Of a stretch of DNA of 64,000 nucleotides, positions 36,206-48,410 are shown in pieces. Position 1 is the first letter of the stretch. Every line of letters starts with the position of its first letter. The stretch lies in the NCBI RefSeq assembly GCF_009834535.1, contig NC_045732.1:37014001-37078000 (forward strand), in the 5' to 3' direction. The DNA is from Camelus ferus (taxonomy: Eukaryota). The notes under the pieces were generated by a model. That model did no database searches. It was not told the DNA's origin and was given only the letters and a program-made list of their open reading frames with translations. The position numbers and the translations under genes were made by a program.

Positions 36206-36757
36206 TATGTCAGGGTCCCCAAGACCACCCTCAGGTTCAATGATCCATTAGGAGGATCCACAGGACTCAGCACATGGTCATACTCATGGCTAAGATTCAT
36301 TATGAAAAAAGGACACAAAGCACAATCAGCACAGGGAAAAGGTGCATGGGGCCAAGTCCAGGGGAGGCCAGGCGCAAGATTGCAAGGGTCTCCTCCCTGT
36401 GGAGTCACACAAGTCATGCTTAATTCCCCCAGCAATCATTTGTGACAACATGTGTGAAATGTTGTCTTCCAAGGAAGACCATTAGAAACTCATTGCATGA
36501 GACTTTTATTAGGCGCTGGTCACATAGGCACCCTCTGCCTAGCCTGAACCCAAATTCGAGACTCCCAGAAGGAAAGCAGGTGTTCAGCATAATCCATACT
36601 GTTTCTATAAACAGTTTAGGTAGTGAGCCATCCGTATTATTCCTAGGTATGGTGGAAACCTTCCCAAAGTCCAAGTTCCCAGATACCAGCCAAGGGCCAA
36701 ACTTGTAAGCTAGCCTTCTGAAGATACCCATGTGCTATGTTAACTCTTTTTTGCACA
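36206..36757 (-). mobile_element. Solo ERVL LTR (MER21-like), copy 2
   Basis: tatgtcagggtccccaagaccaccc...ctatgttaactcttttttgcaca; TSD gctgg/actgg; collinear with copy 1 along its length. Confidence 0.8.
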
Positions 36758-37507
36758 ACTGGGCTATCATCTCTTTTCTGGATTTTGCCAAACGTCCTTT
36801 ACCTAGACATAATGTAACTGGCAAGGGAGAGTACTGCACACCCATGGAAGGACAGCCCTAAGATTTGAGTTGTTTCCTCAGTTCAGTGTGGTCCCTGTGG
36901 GGCCAAGCTCCCACTGGATAGAACGACTACTGCTCACTTCCCTCTTTGGGAAAGTCTCTTAGTGACTCTTTTCCACCTGCTACTATATTAAAAGACACAA
37001 AAGATATACATATACATTCAGTTAAATTTACTTCAGATTTAAGAGTGTTTTCAGATTTTGTCAGTTCTCTGGTGCTCTACTGGGGTTAAGAGTTGGATAT
37101 TCTATTTTTTTCCCCTCACTCTGGGCTTGTCTTTTTAGAAGTGACACCTTAGTATGACTCAGATCACTTATTCTTTGGAAGTTAAAAATGGATGAAACTT
37201 AGCAACAGCAGTGGGACATTATCACTCTAATTTCAAGGCTTTCTGTTTCTTCCATAATGACAGCTGTTCAAGCCTAATGCTCTGAGTCCACTATTGAAAG
37301 GTGCATAATAGCTTCACAGTCATTTTCACTTTAATACGGTACTTAGTAAAACGGCTTCAGGAACCATGTGTATGAAGGGCTCCATATAAAATAATGTAAC
37401 GTTGTTCTACTCTAATTACTTCCCCTATAGATGTAATTTACTTATGGTAGTGATTGCTAAAGTATTTTCTGCCAGTGTAAAACCAGTAGAAAGGAAAATC
37501 AGCTAAA

Positions 37508-37944
37508 ACCACTGTTTCCTAGGGCTGCCATACAAACTGCCACAAACTTGGTGGCTTAAAAACAACACAGATCTATTCTGTCACAGTTCTGGAGGCTAGA
37601 AGCCCAAAATCAATGTGTCAGGAGGCCATGCTCCCCTTGAAGGCTCTAGGGAAGAATCCTTCCTTGCTCTATTCCTACCTCCTGGTGGCTCTCAGCAATC
37701 TTTGGCCTTCCTTGGCTTGTAGCTGCATCAATCCAATCTCCACCTCTATCTTTACCTTCTCTGTGTATCTCTGTGTATCCTCTCCCCTTCTGATGAGAAT
37801 GTCAGTCATTGGATTTAGGGCCCACCCTACCCAGTATGACCTCATCTTAACTAATCACATCTGCAAAGATGCTACTTGAAACAAGGCCTCATTCTGAGTT
37901 TCCTGGTAGATATGAATCTGGGGGACACCATTCAACCCACTACA
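37508..37944 (-). mobile_element. MaLR solo LTR (MLT1C-like)
   Basis: gtttcctagggctgccatacaaactgccacaaacttggtggcttaaaaacaac...ggggacaccattcaacccactaca. Confidence 0.85.
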
Positions 37945-38399
37945 CAACCACATATCCACATGCCCCTGCAGCAACATGGAAGGGTCTCAAATCATTGTCA
38001 TTTGATAGCTCAAATAATGGAAGTTATAAAGGGATTTGTGGATGAGACACAGTCCTCAAGAGGAGTGAACTATTGTCACATTGAAAGGAATGTTTTGAAA
38101 AGCTAGAATACTGTTCTTAAGATATTCATATCAATGATATTAAGACCAAAAAAGGTCATCTTACTTAGGTTTCTTAGTAAAATGTTTTAAAATATTGGCA
38201 TCTAGTGGGAAATACGTACCTAACTAGGTGCCAATAAATTTGTACCTAATAGGAAATATGGTATCTCTGTGAATATTTACACAGGCCACCAGGAAAGTAG
38301 CAGCATGGCAGTTGTATGTCCTTGGATAAATGGTAACAGAAGTCAGTCCTTCACAACATGAACTATGATATATTCATAGTTTAGAGGCAGTTTGCCATA

Positions 38400-38625
38400 A
38401 TGTAAAGAGTAGGGGCTTTGAAGCAGGGTTGGGCTTCAGTCCAAGTTACAGCTCATACCACATTGGCCCTGTGGTTTGGACCAGTTGCTTTTGAGTCTTA
38501 GGTTCCTCACTTATAAAATGGGGATACAAATACTTATCCCAATCAGTTATATGAGGATAAATCAGATGGTGCTTTTAAGGGACAGGCACACAGAAGAAAT
38601 TCAGGTAATGTTGATTGAATAAACT
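38400..38625 (+). mobile_element. MIR
   Basis: aaagagtaggggctttgaagcag...ttaggttcctcacttataaaatggggatac...ggcacacag. Confidence 0.75.
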
Positions 38626-39899
38626 TATGGCCTAACTCAATCTCAGGACAAGCTCTGACTCAATTCTGGCCACCTTTGTGGTCTCCTAGAAGCTTATGCT
38701 GCCCCAACACAGAAATTCCTATAGCACATTTTGCGGAGGTCATTCTGAATGCTGTTATGCCATACCCATTTATCTCCGACGTCTTCTAAACTACAAACTA
38801 ACATGTGAGTCAAAATTAACTGGCCATTATAGAAAACTTCCTGAATAAACTGCATATGGCAATTTCATTCAACATCCCTGGGCTTCTTCCAACATCAGCC
38901 CATTTGAGAGGAGGCCACCCAGGTGTGCTGAAGGTATTATCTTGTTTCCTCATCATCCTTATATTGACGTAACTAAAATTATAATTTGGGTAGGGATATC
39001 AGACCACTAGAATATTCTCCCTCCTAGAGGGAGACAGTTAACAGATTTATTCCTTGACCAATTTACACTGGGGATAAAATCCATGTCTCCTCTAGGACCT
39101 TGGCTTGCTTCCATAAAAAATAAAAATAGAAAATGCCCATTTTTGAATGATTATAGGGTTCTCAATGGTGTCATTATGAACAGCCAAAAATTCCTCCCAC
39201 TGTTCTCCAGTCCGCTGTTCAACTGGTTGGCGATGTCACTGATAACAAACTGGAATTTACGGGGCACACAGTGATTCAAGGCAGGATGGGGACAAAAGGA
39301 AGAATGCATGGCAAGACCCTATGAGAATACAACTTCTGTTTGCCTTTGGCTTTTGCAACACACCCACCATGTTCCAATAGTTTAGGAACAACTCAGCTCT
39401 TTCTAAGAGCATCAGGATTGTTTCATGATTGCCCATCTCATTAACATCCATGTTTGCTTTTAAGATCTGGCCCAGCACACTACTGGGGTTTGGGGTTTTG
39501 TTTGTTTATTTGTTTCTTTCTTTGTTTTTAGTATCTGTTTACCCAACCACATAGACTCTGCATCAGGCTTTCCTGGGGCCATGGGAGACTTTGTTTATGG
39601 TATTTATTGTTTTGTTTTGGCTTTCTGGGTGTTTTAGTTAATTTCTAAACAAGTTTTGATTTTATACCAAAGGGAAAAAATATCAAAGAATAATAGAAAC
39701 TTGAGGTTTGAAAGATCTTTATGAGCTAGTTAGATCAAGCATCCTTTTTATGCCTCTTCCACACCATTCCTTCAAAATTGTTCCTGAGCTGACATGAAAA
39801 TATCCAATATCAGGGCATTCTTAATATACAGAGCTATCTTGTTCCATTTTTACACAGTCTGACTTTTCTGACCAGAGTTCATACAAACTGACTGAGAGT

Positions 39900-40230
39900 T
39901 CTCTTTTAAATTGAGTTAAAATTGATCTTGCTATGACTCTTCTCAATGCTCTTCTGTTTTTTTAGTATCTTCATAAAATCATACATTTGAATATATTTGA
40001 AGTTTTCAATTCATTGCAGTTATTATTCTTATTGGTGTGCAAATTGCCCCATATTTGGCCAATGCAATCTGTCTTAGAGTTAGCTACTGGGTCATTCTGA
40101 CATAACTTTATTAGTCTTTGATAACTCCCTGGCTTTTTGATATGGCAAGATGTTCCAGGCTCATCTTGTACACTTCTTCACTAAGGCTGAGAATTAGCCA
40201 TTACTCTAAGAAGCCCTAGTTCATTTTCAA
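39900..40230 (-). mobile_element. L1ME-type fragment
   Basis: aaattgccccatatttggcc...aagatgttccaggctcatcttgtac...aattagccattactctaagaagccctagttc; boundaries approximate. Confidence 0.65.
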
Positions 40231-41373
40231 TTACTTTCAAAATTATGTTTGGGAGAAACTTTCTCTTTTGAAAGATATGGTTTTTTTCTGGTTATTACAG
40301 ACGTACTCCTTTTGGTAGAAAATACTAAAAGAAATTTTAAAAATATAGCTAGAACCACCAATACTGCCATCACCCAGAAATAATCAAAGTTAACATTTTA
40401 TCTCCTGAACCATCTTTCCATTTTCAGTCCTATTCCATGCTTCTCCTTTTTCTGCCAACAGCAGGAAAAGAGATGATGGGGAAAAAATAGACCACATTTT
40501 AAACATTTAGATGAAATCAAGTTGAATAAATATTTTAAGTTGTTAATTATTTTTTCGAATCCTAATATTGGCAATTAAACATCCAGAGAAAACTGATTGG
40601 TGTGAGAAACTTTAAATTTGGGTAATTTGGATTTTGCAAAAACTGTTTTGCTACCATTATTGACACATGCCAAAGATTATCTACAAAGCTGTGGGAATCC
40701 ACTGGAAAGCAAACAGAACTCTAATATTCAACTGGAATGAAAAGAGCAAAATGAAAAGTCATTACAGAGCCAGAGAGTATTTTTAACTTGTCAACTTTTC
40801 ATTTCTAACACACATAACACAGCTCTTACAATGTTTAAAGCTGGGATGTTAAATTGATGGAGAGCTATAGAAAGCCCAGATTACTGTTAATGGGCCTGTA
40901 AGTCCAGCCCGAGTTACAGGTTTGTCATTGTTTCCAGTGAAAAGATTTTTCTTTAAAAGATCTTTAGTAGACTGGAAGAAGAAAAATAAGAACAGTGATT
41001 TCTCTATGATTTATAGCAGCTTTAAACATAAAGCAGAAAGCAACATCATTGACAAAGTAATATTCATTGTCTATTTAAAGGCCTTTAATATCTTTGTTTC
41101 TCCAAGTGATTCCAATGTGAAAACAACTTGGGAGTTGCTCCTTTCCCTCCATGTCGTTGAGTCCATTTCACCTGCAGTTTCTGTGGCTGGAGGACTGAAG
41201 TGACATTTTCTATTAAGCTTTGTCATACTCTCTTTTGCCCATAGATGCATTAATGTCCAAGAGGCTTTTTCTGCCTATAGGAATATTCTGTACTCTTTGT
41301 ACTTAGTTTATAGTCCAATATATTAATCTTACGAATTCAGCATTTCTATAAACGTAAAAGATTAAACATTCCT

Positions 41374-41550
41374 CAGTGGTTCTCAAAGTGTGATCCTCAA
41401 ACCAGCAGCATAAGCATTTCCCGGAGCTTGGTAGAAATACCGATTCTTTTGGGCCCCAACCCAGACCTACTGGGATCAGAAACACAACTGGCTGCGTTCT
41501 AATAAGCCCTCCTGGTGATTCTGATGCATGTTCAAGTTTCAGAACGATTG
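41374..41550 (+). mobile_element. MER5A hAT-Charlie MITE
   Basis: cagtggttctcaaagtgtgatcctcaaaccagcagcataagcat...ggtgattctgatgcatgttcaagtttcagaacgattg. Confidence 0.85.
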
Positions 41551-42075
41551 CTTTAAACATTCACATACTACTTATACAACCACTAAATCAAATACATATT
41601 AAATGAACAAAACAAGTGTCCTCAACCATTTAAATATTGATTGCAACTTAATCAAATGCTTTAAAACATTTAATTTAATCATAAGCCTAGCATTTCAGAT
41701 TTCCTTGAATGCTCTAAATTTTTTAAAAAGGAAAATATACACATAAAACACAACATTGATTACAGAGCTGATGAATATTTTAACAACAAAACTGAGCACA
41801 ATGCTATTAACATCATAGATTTGATTTTGTTTACATTCTTACCCCTACTTTTTATTCTTATTTTTATATGGTCCTGGAATTTAAATGTATGTGTGTAATT
41901 TTACTAGACTGGAAAGAAAAAAAAAATCATCTCAAGAAGCTAGTAATGCAGGTTAAGTGGATTGCTGACCAGTTAGTTTTGGTTGGGTTATAGGAAATGG
42001 TTGCTAAGTTCAAGATGAATTAAATTGCAGCTTCTGGCCGCTAGGGTTGAATATGTTTTTATCACCTAGTTTTAG

Positions 42076-42325
42076 ATTTTTTTATTGAAGTATAGTTAAT
42101 TTACAATGTTGTGTTAGTTTCTGGTATACAGCATAGCAATTCAGTCATATGTGTATGTGTGTGTGTGTGTGTGTGTGTGTATTTTTTTTTCTTCTTCATT
42201 ATAGGTTATTACAAGATACTGAATATACTTCCCTGTGCTGTATATACAGTAGGACCTTGTTATTTACCTATTCTGTATATAGTAGTTTGTATCTAATAAT
42301 CCCAAATTCCCAATTTCTCCCTCAC
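42076..42325 (-). mobile_element. 5'-truncated artiodactyl/camelid L1 3' end containing a (TG)12 microsatellite
   Basis: Closely similar to the 28.8-kb copy (ttattgaagtatagttaatttacaatgttgtgttagtttctgg...); (TG)12 at 42156-42179. Confidence 0.85.
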
Positions 42326-42341
42326 TTTTTATCATGGGTTC

Positions 42342-42789
42342 TGATATTCATTTCCTATTGCTGCTTTTTAAACAAATTACCAGAAATTTAGCAACTTAAA
42401 ACAACACAAATTTATTATCTTACATTCTGCAGGTCAGAGGTCTAAAATGAGTCCACGGGGCTGTGTTCCTTCTGGAGGCTCCAGGGAAGAATCCAATTCC
42501 TTGGCCTTTCTAGCCTGCAGAGGCTGCCTATATCCTTTGGCACATGATTCCCTTCCTCTCTTTCAAAGCCAGCAACTTAGCTAGCATCTTCTTTCATTTC
42601 TGACTTCCTGCTTCTTTCTTATAAGGACCCTTATCATTATATTGGACCCATCCAGGACAATCTGCCCATCTCAAGACCCTTAACTGAATCACATCTGTAA
42701 AACTTCCTTTGCCATGTAAGGTAACATATTCACAGTTCTGGGTCTTAGGACATGAACATCTTTTGGGGAGCATTATTCTGTCTGCCATA
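42342..42789 (-). mobile_element. MaLR solo LTR (MLT1D/E-like)
   Basis: tttcctattgctgc...caacttaaaacaacacaaatttattatcttac...gtaaggtaacatattcacag...attctgtctgccata. Confidence 0.85.
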
Positions 42790-42918
42790 GGATCCTTATT
42801 CTGTTTTTCATATGAATTCTGATTTTTTAAAGAAATTAAAATATGGGATATTCTTTAATTTTTATTTGTTTTCGATCTCTGGCAATATATGACCCATTGT
42901 GATATTTTTATGATATAT

Positions 42919-43087
42919 ATTTTTTTAAATTAATTTTTTCTTTTTTTCCCTTTTTTTTCTTAATGGGGGGGTGGTAATTTTAGGTTTACTTGTTCATTTT
43001 TTTTTAAACAGAGGTACTGGGAATTGAACCCAGGACCTTGTGCATGCTAGGCATGCATTCCACCACTGGGCTATATAACCTCCTCGC
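42919..43087 (-). mobile_element. Vic-1-type camelid SINE
   Basis: Same tRNA-derived head on the - strand with an A-rich tail; perfect 16-bp TSD tatttttatgatatat (42903-42918 / 43088-43103). Confidence 0.9.
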
Positions 43088-43599
43088 TATTTTTATGATA
43101 TATTTACCTGGCCTGGTTTCAATATTTTAAAATATATGCCTTTCTGATTGGCATTGTTTTATAGTTAGTTGGGCCACCAAGAAGTTTCACTCCTAGAGAG
43201 ACAGGAAAGTGAGTTTGAAAATTTAGATTTCTCCTTCAGGACAGTTAACTAAGTTATTAGTTTGGAATAAACAGTTGTATCATCTTTTTAATTGGAAACT
43301 GTATATGGCAACGGGTGCTAGTTAACTGCAAGACTAGTCTTCTACCTCATATAAGACCACAAATGCTAATGGGCTTGTCCATTTATGTTACAATTTTGAC
43401 TATTTCTAGGACTATTTGGCTTATAAGTTGTGTTATTTATGGTTTACACACATGAAAAATGGCACATATCTATACTTTATGAACAGAAATATACTTAACA
43501 AAACCCCATGAAATATCTATCCATATCTATACAGTTATATATAAGCACTTTCCTACTTACTTAAGTAAATAAATTTAAATGTATGTGATAATAGTCATC

Positions 43600-43930
43600 C
43601 TTCTTTGATATTACAACCATATTTTTGTACATTTTCTTTATATTAGCTCTTATGAGCATCATGGCCTTTTATACATACAACTTGTTTTGCCTAATGATTT
43701 TTACTGTAAATGATCACAACTTGACAAATGTTTAAGTTGGTTCTTTTTCCTTTTAGCACTGCCTCTGCTATTTTTAAAATCATTTAGCTTCCTGGCAACA
43801 ACAGTATTACAGATCTATACTGATTTTATCTCAAGGACATGGAATTAACTATTCTCTAATAGTTTCTGGTTCCCTTTTTATGTACAGAACAATATTAAGA
43901 CCAAAATTTGGGCACTAGTGATGCTTAACA
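43600..43930 (-). mobile_element. L1ME-type fragment
   Basis: Similar to the 40-kb fragment (ttcctggcaacaacagtattacagatctatactg...ccaaaatttgggcactag); boundaries approximate. Confidence 0.55.
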
Positions 43931-44011
43931 AGTGTTGAAGGGAGAAAAGATTATAGCTACTGCTGTTGCCATGGGACCACTCCTGTTAGTGACTGAGCTA
44001 AAAGGAAAACA

Positions 44012-44200
44012 CGGTTGACCTTTGAACAGCACAGGGCTTAGTCCACATATGCACAGTCTGCCCTCAGTAACTGCCATTCCTCAGCATCCATGGATTCACC
44101 CAGCCATGGACCATGTAATAGTGTAGTGTTTACCACTGAAAAATATCCATGTATAAGTGGACGTGTGCAGTTCAAACCTATGCTGTTCAAGGGTCAACTG
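44012..44200. mobile_element. Tigger2-family MITE
   Basis: TIRs cggttgacctttgaacagca / tgctgttcaagggtcaactg followed by TA. Confidence 0.85.
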
Positions 44201-44389
44201 TACTTCTGTTATAAGTGTATAAGATCTTGTTCTTTCCAGTATAACATATCATGTTGTTATCCCTTATTTTTCTCATAGTACGAGATTTCAGCAACTAAGA
44301 CTTTCCTCCTCTACACTGATCCATTGTTCTACCCAGCAGCAGAGTATCCCATGTTTCTCCCACCTCCTCACTCACTCTATTTTCTAGGA

Positions 44390-44562
44390 CAATGGTTCTC
44401 AGGTTTGTCTTCATACTGAAATAACTTGAGGAGCTTCGAAAATATCGATGTGAGTCCCCCAGCAGAGCTTCTGATTTAGACTTCCAAAGGGCAGAATATG
44501 GCATCAGAATTTTTACAGCTCCATAGGTGATACTAATGCATAGCCATGGTCGAGAACCTCTG
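44390..44562. mobile_element. MER5B-like MITE
   Basis: caatggttctc...ccataggtgatactaatgcatagccatggtcgagaacctctg. Confidence 0.7.
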
Positions 44563-45922
44563 TTCTAGGAGGTGTTGGGCAACCTCAAAAGGCAGACCAG
44601 TCACTATTACATGGGAGTATACCACAGAGGGTCCAGGGATACCAACTCCACATGATAAACAAGGCAAGTAAATGCGTGCTTGCCTTTTGGCTGCTTCCGG
44701 AGCTCTTGGGATTTTTCAAGGGAGGGAACCACAACTGCTCTTTCAAAATATTCTTGAAAAACTCAAGTGTATAGGACATTGACTTCTCCAGTTGCTCTCC
44801 TAGCATCTCCTTGTTTCAGCCTCATCTTTCCTCATCCTTTCTCAACCTTGGTCTAATTACTTCAAGGTTTTCAAAGGCCTTGGTTTTCTCATTTATGAGG
44901 TTAAGATAACATTTACATGTGGTACACACTAAATCTAGCAAAACTCAACAACACATTGTAAAGTTCATGAAAGTCATAAGAGGTTGGCAGCCCATAGTCC
45001 TAGCTCCCTAAAATGATTTGAGAGGCTACAACAGAAGTCAGATCTGTTCTGACTGTGAGATTCCAGAAGGTCAACTGCAGTGGCTAACCCAGATTTTTTA
45101 AATCCTATCTCTACACACTGTAGGAAGATATATATATTTTAAAAAGTCCTTTGGGGTCAAACACTCCTCAACCTCCCACTCTCATAGAATTTTAAGTGTC
45201 ATAAAATTAATAAATTCTTCTGAAATAGGGAATTGATAATTGATTATAATTATAGACCCTGTTGGGATATCTACCTCCATTTAAGTAACTTTCCCATGGT
45301 AGAGTTAAAAGCCTGCATTCTGTAGTATGAAACATCAGCATATCTGTACTGGGAAGGGAATTTGTATTGTGCTTTTGAAAAAAAGGGGAGAAGATTTAAA
45401 ATTCTTTTACTGTAATAGCCTGTCTTAGGACAGTGGTTCTGAAACTTTTGAAAGTTCTCTGAGTTACTTGGGAAACTTGGTAAAAGTACAAAGACCCAGC
45501 GTCTATCCTATTTCAGGAGCTTGGACTTGTTTATTAGCCTTCACTTAGTTCTGATACACACCCAAGTTTGGGACCCATTCCCTTAGGGTATCAGATAGGT
45601 CTGGGTAGCTGGTTACTCTAAAGAAGACGGCCTTAATTTTTCTCTGTATATCTTGTTTTTGGTATTGTTCCTTTTAACTTTACCAACTGCCACATATCAA
45701 TGATAATTCATCATCACAACTGGTAGGCCTACAATTGGTTTCTTATCTCTGTAAAAATGCTAAAATCAGTAGTCACTGGCTAAGACATCAGTGGAACAAC
45801 ATCTGGCTTCTTTACTGACTACGTGTTTATTATTAGTTTTTCAATCTGTCATGTTGATAGGTAGTTGTAACATAATAAAAGTTCCAATTTATTAGCATTT
45901 CTTATCACTATTTAAGATCCTA

Positions 45923-46007
45923 ATATATGTATGTGTATGCATGACTGGGACTTTGTGCTGTACACCAGAAAATGACACATTGTAACTTACTGTACTTCAA
46001 TTAAAAA
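45923..46007 (+). mobile_element. Very short camelid L1 3'-end insertion
   Basis: atatatgtatgtgtatgcatgactgggac...tgtacttcaattaaaaaa; 9-bp TSD aagatccta (45914-45922 / 46008-46016); about 90% similar by eye to the 55.8-kb copy. Confidence 0.85.
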
Positions 46008-46043
46008 AAGATCCTATATTAAAGAAGGAATTATTGATCATAA

Positions 46044-46271
<228 letters not shown>

Positions 46272-47335
46272 TAAATAATCCCTAACTAGCTCTACATGGA
46301 AGCATTTAAATCATGGTATTGATGTTTTGTTTTCAAATATCATCTTGGCAAAGAATTATAGCATATGTGTGCATCTAGATATCCAGCAAAGACAGGGCAT
46401 TGTGAAAAACAGATTATAAGATAATTCTATTCTCAAACCTTTTTCCAACCATTTTTAACCCCTCTCTCATCCCCTGTTCTTTCAATCACTTTGCTTTTTG
46501 GTGCCATATTTAACATGGTGGATGAACAGGGAATGCTGGAGCACAGAAAATCGAAAATCTTTATGTAATCCCACATACATCAGGCTCTGTGACTTGGGAG
46601 TGAAGATTAGTGGAGAGTGCTCTGAATATTCAAAATGGTCAATGATTAAACCACTTTCTGAGAAGAAGGCCATTTTCTACCATTTTAATAAACTGTTTAA
46701 GACTGGAGTTAAAAGCATGCAGAATTTATAGAATTGAGGCTCAAACTTAGCCACGGCCCTTCAAATTAAGGAACGTTAATAACTTTGAAAGATTCATCCC
46801 ATTTGGTTTACCACAGCCAATCTACATAGTCTTGCCACTGGGAATTCTGACAACCATACCTTCTGTGTCTATGGACTATTCTGGGGAGACAGGACAAACT
46901 GGATAGGTCCATCTTCCTCCTCATTTGAATAAGCTACACACGTGCAAATGTGAAGTTAAACTCAAAAGTAAACTCTTTGGTAATGAAGATAAGATTAATG
47001 CAGAGAGGGTGATATAACAATGTTAGATACCAAGTGACTGTTTGTAGGTGTGGCTTTACATATACGCCAGATTATGTAATGCTTCCCCCTGGGGCTTCAT
47101 CAGTTCTATATTAATACATTCACTGATGGACAGTGAAATGTTCTATTCATCATATTGTCCCCTGCAGGACCTGGTACCATGCATTCATAAAGGACATACT
47201 CAGAGTAGGAGTTGAATGAATAAATAGCACCTTATTAAGAGCATGGAGTCGAAATCAGATGGACCTGGATTTAAATCCTAGCTTTGCCACCCAGTAGTTC
47301 TATGATCTCCAAATTAGTTAGCCGTTCTCTTTAAA

Positions 47336-47527
47336 AAAATCTTATCTTTATAAATATATAAATATATAAAATATATGAAACCTATAGACACTTGAAGAAA
47401 AGTAAAACACCCATGTGCCCATTATATAAGATTTATAAAATCTTATCTTTATAAATATATAAATATATAAAATATATGAAACCTATAGACACTTGAAGAA
47501 AAGTAAAACACCCATGTACCCATTATA
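47336..47527. repeat. 91-bp near-perfect tandem duplication with 10-nt junction insert
   Basis: Copies at 47336-47426 and 47437-47527 differ at one position (G47417 / A47518). Confidence 0.95.
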
Positions 47528-47775
47528 CAGTTTTGCCAAATATTACTATAGAATTTTTTGTTTTTAAAGAAAATATTACAGATGGGGTTGAAGTCCACTG
47601 TGTAACTCTCCCTGATCCCACTTCCTCCAACCCCACAAAGAAATTTTTATCCTGGTGTTTGTAGTTATAATTTCCAAGCATCTGTTTATACTTTAACTGC
47701 ACATGTCAATACCCATAAACAACCAAGAGTATTAACGGGCATGTTTTTCAACTTTATATAAATGGGAACATACTC
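47336..47775 (-). mobile_element. L1ME-type 3' fragment (its left end is tandemly duplicated)
   Basis: acacccatgtacccattatacag...actctccctgatcccacttcc...caactttatataaatgggaacatact. Confidence 0.65.
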
Positions 47776-47809
47776 AACTACCACGCTACACTGTTCTAGG
47801 TGCGTTGTA

Positions 47810-47947
47810 TTTCTCCTTTTCTATACCAACAAGTGTAAGCTTCGTAAAGGCAGTAATTTTTGTCTTCTTTGTTCATTGTAACATCTCTAGGGCTAAGAAC
47901 AGTGTCTGGACATTGATGGGTCTCAATTTGTTGAATGAAAGAATAAA
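47810..47947 (+). mobile_element. L2 3' end
   Basis: gtaagcttcgtaaaggcagtaatttttgtc...agggctaagaacagtgtctggacatt...ttgttgaatgaaagaataaa. Confidence 0.7.
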
Positions 47948-48227
47948 CACAACAAAGGTTCAGATTTGAAATATATGAAAATATGAGTCTCTATATGAGC
48001 TCATATAATGTCTTGGCTTAAGATATTTGGACAATTTGCTTTTTTTTGTGATTGTACCTTCATGTTATCAAAATGCCCTGTATAATGCAAAAAAAAAGTA
48101 GTTTATTCATTCCAACAAAGCCTTTAAAATTGAGATGAAGACTGCTTCCTTTATTTTCCTTATTGATTGTTCTTAATAACTATTCCTAATAATTGTTTCA
48201 CATAATTGAATTTCCTCTCAGATGTAA

Positions 48228-48410
<183 letters not shown>

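Noticed and set aside
33374-36757. Apparent LTR-[captured thymosin gene]-LTR provirus
   Set aside because: Each LTR has its own TSD, the two are clearly diverged, and the interior is a mix of MER5, L2 and retrocopy with no PBS/PPT or gag/pol remnants.
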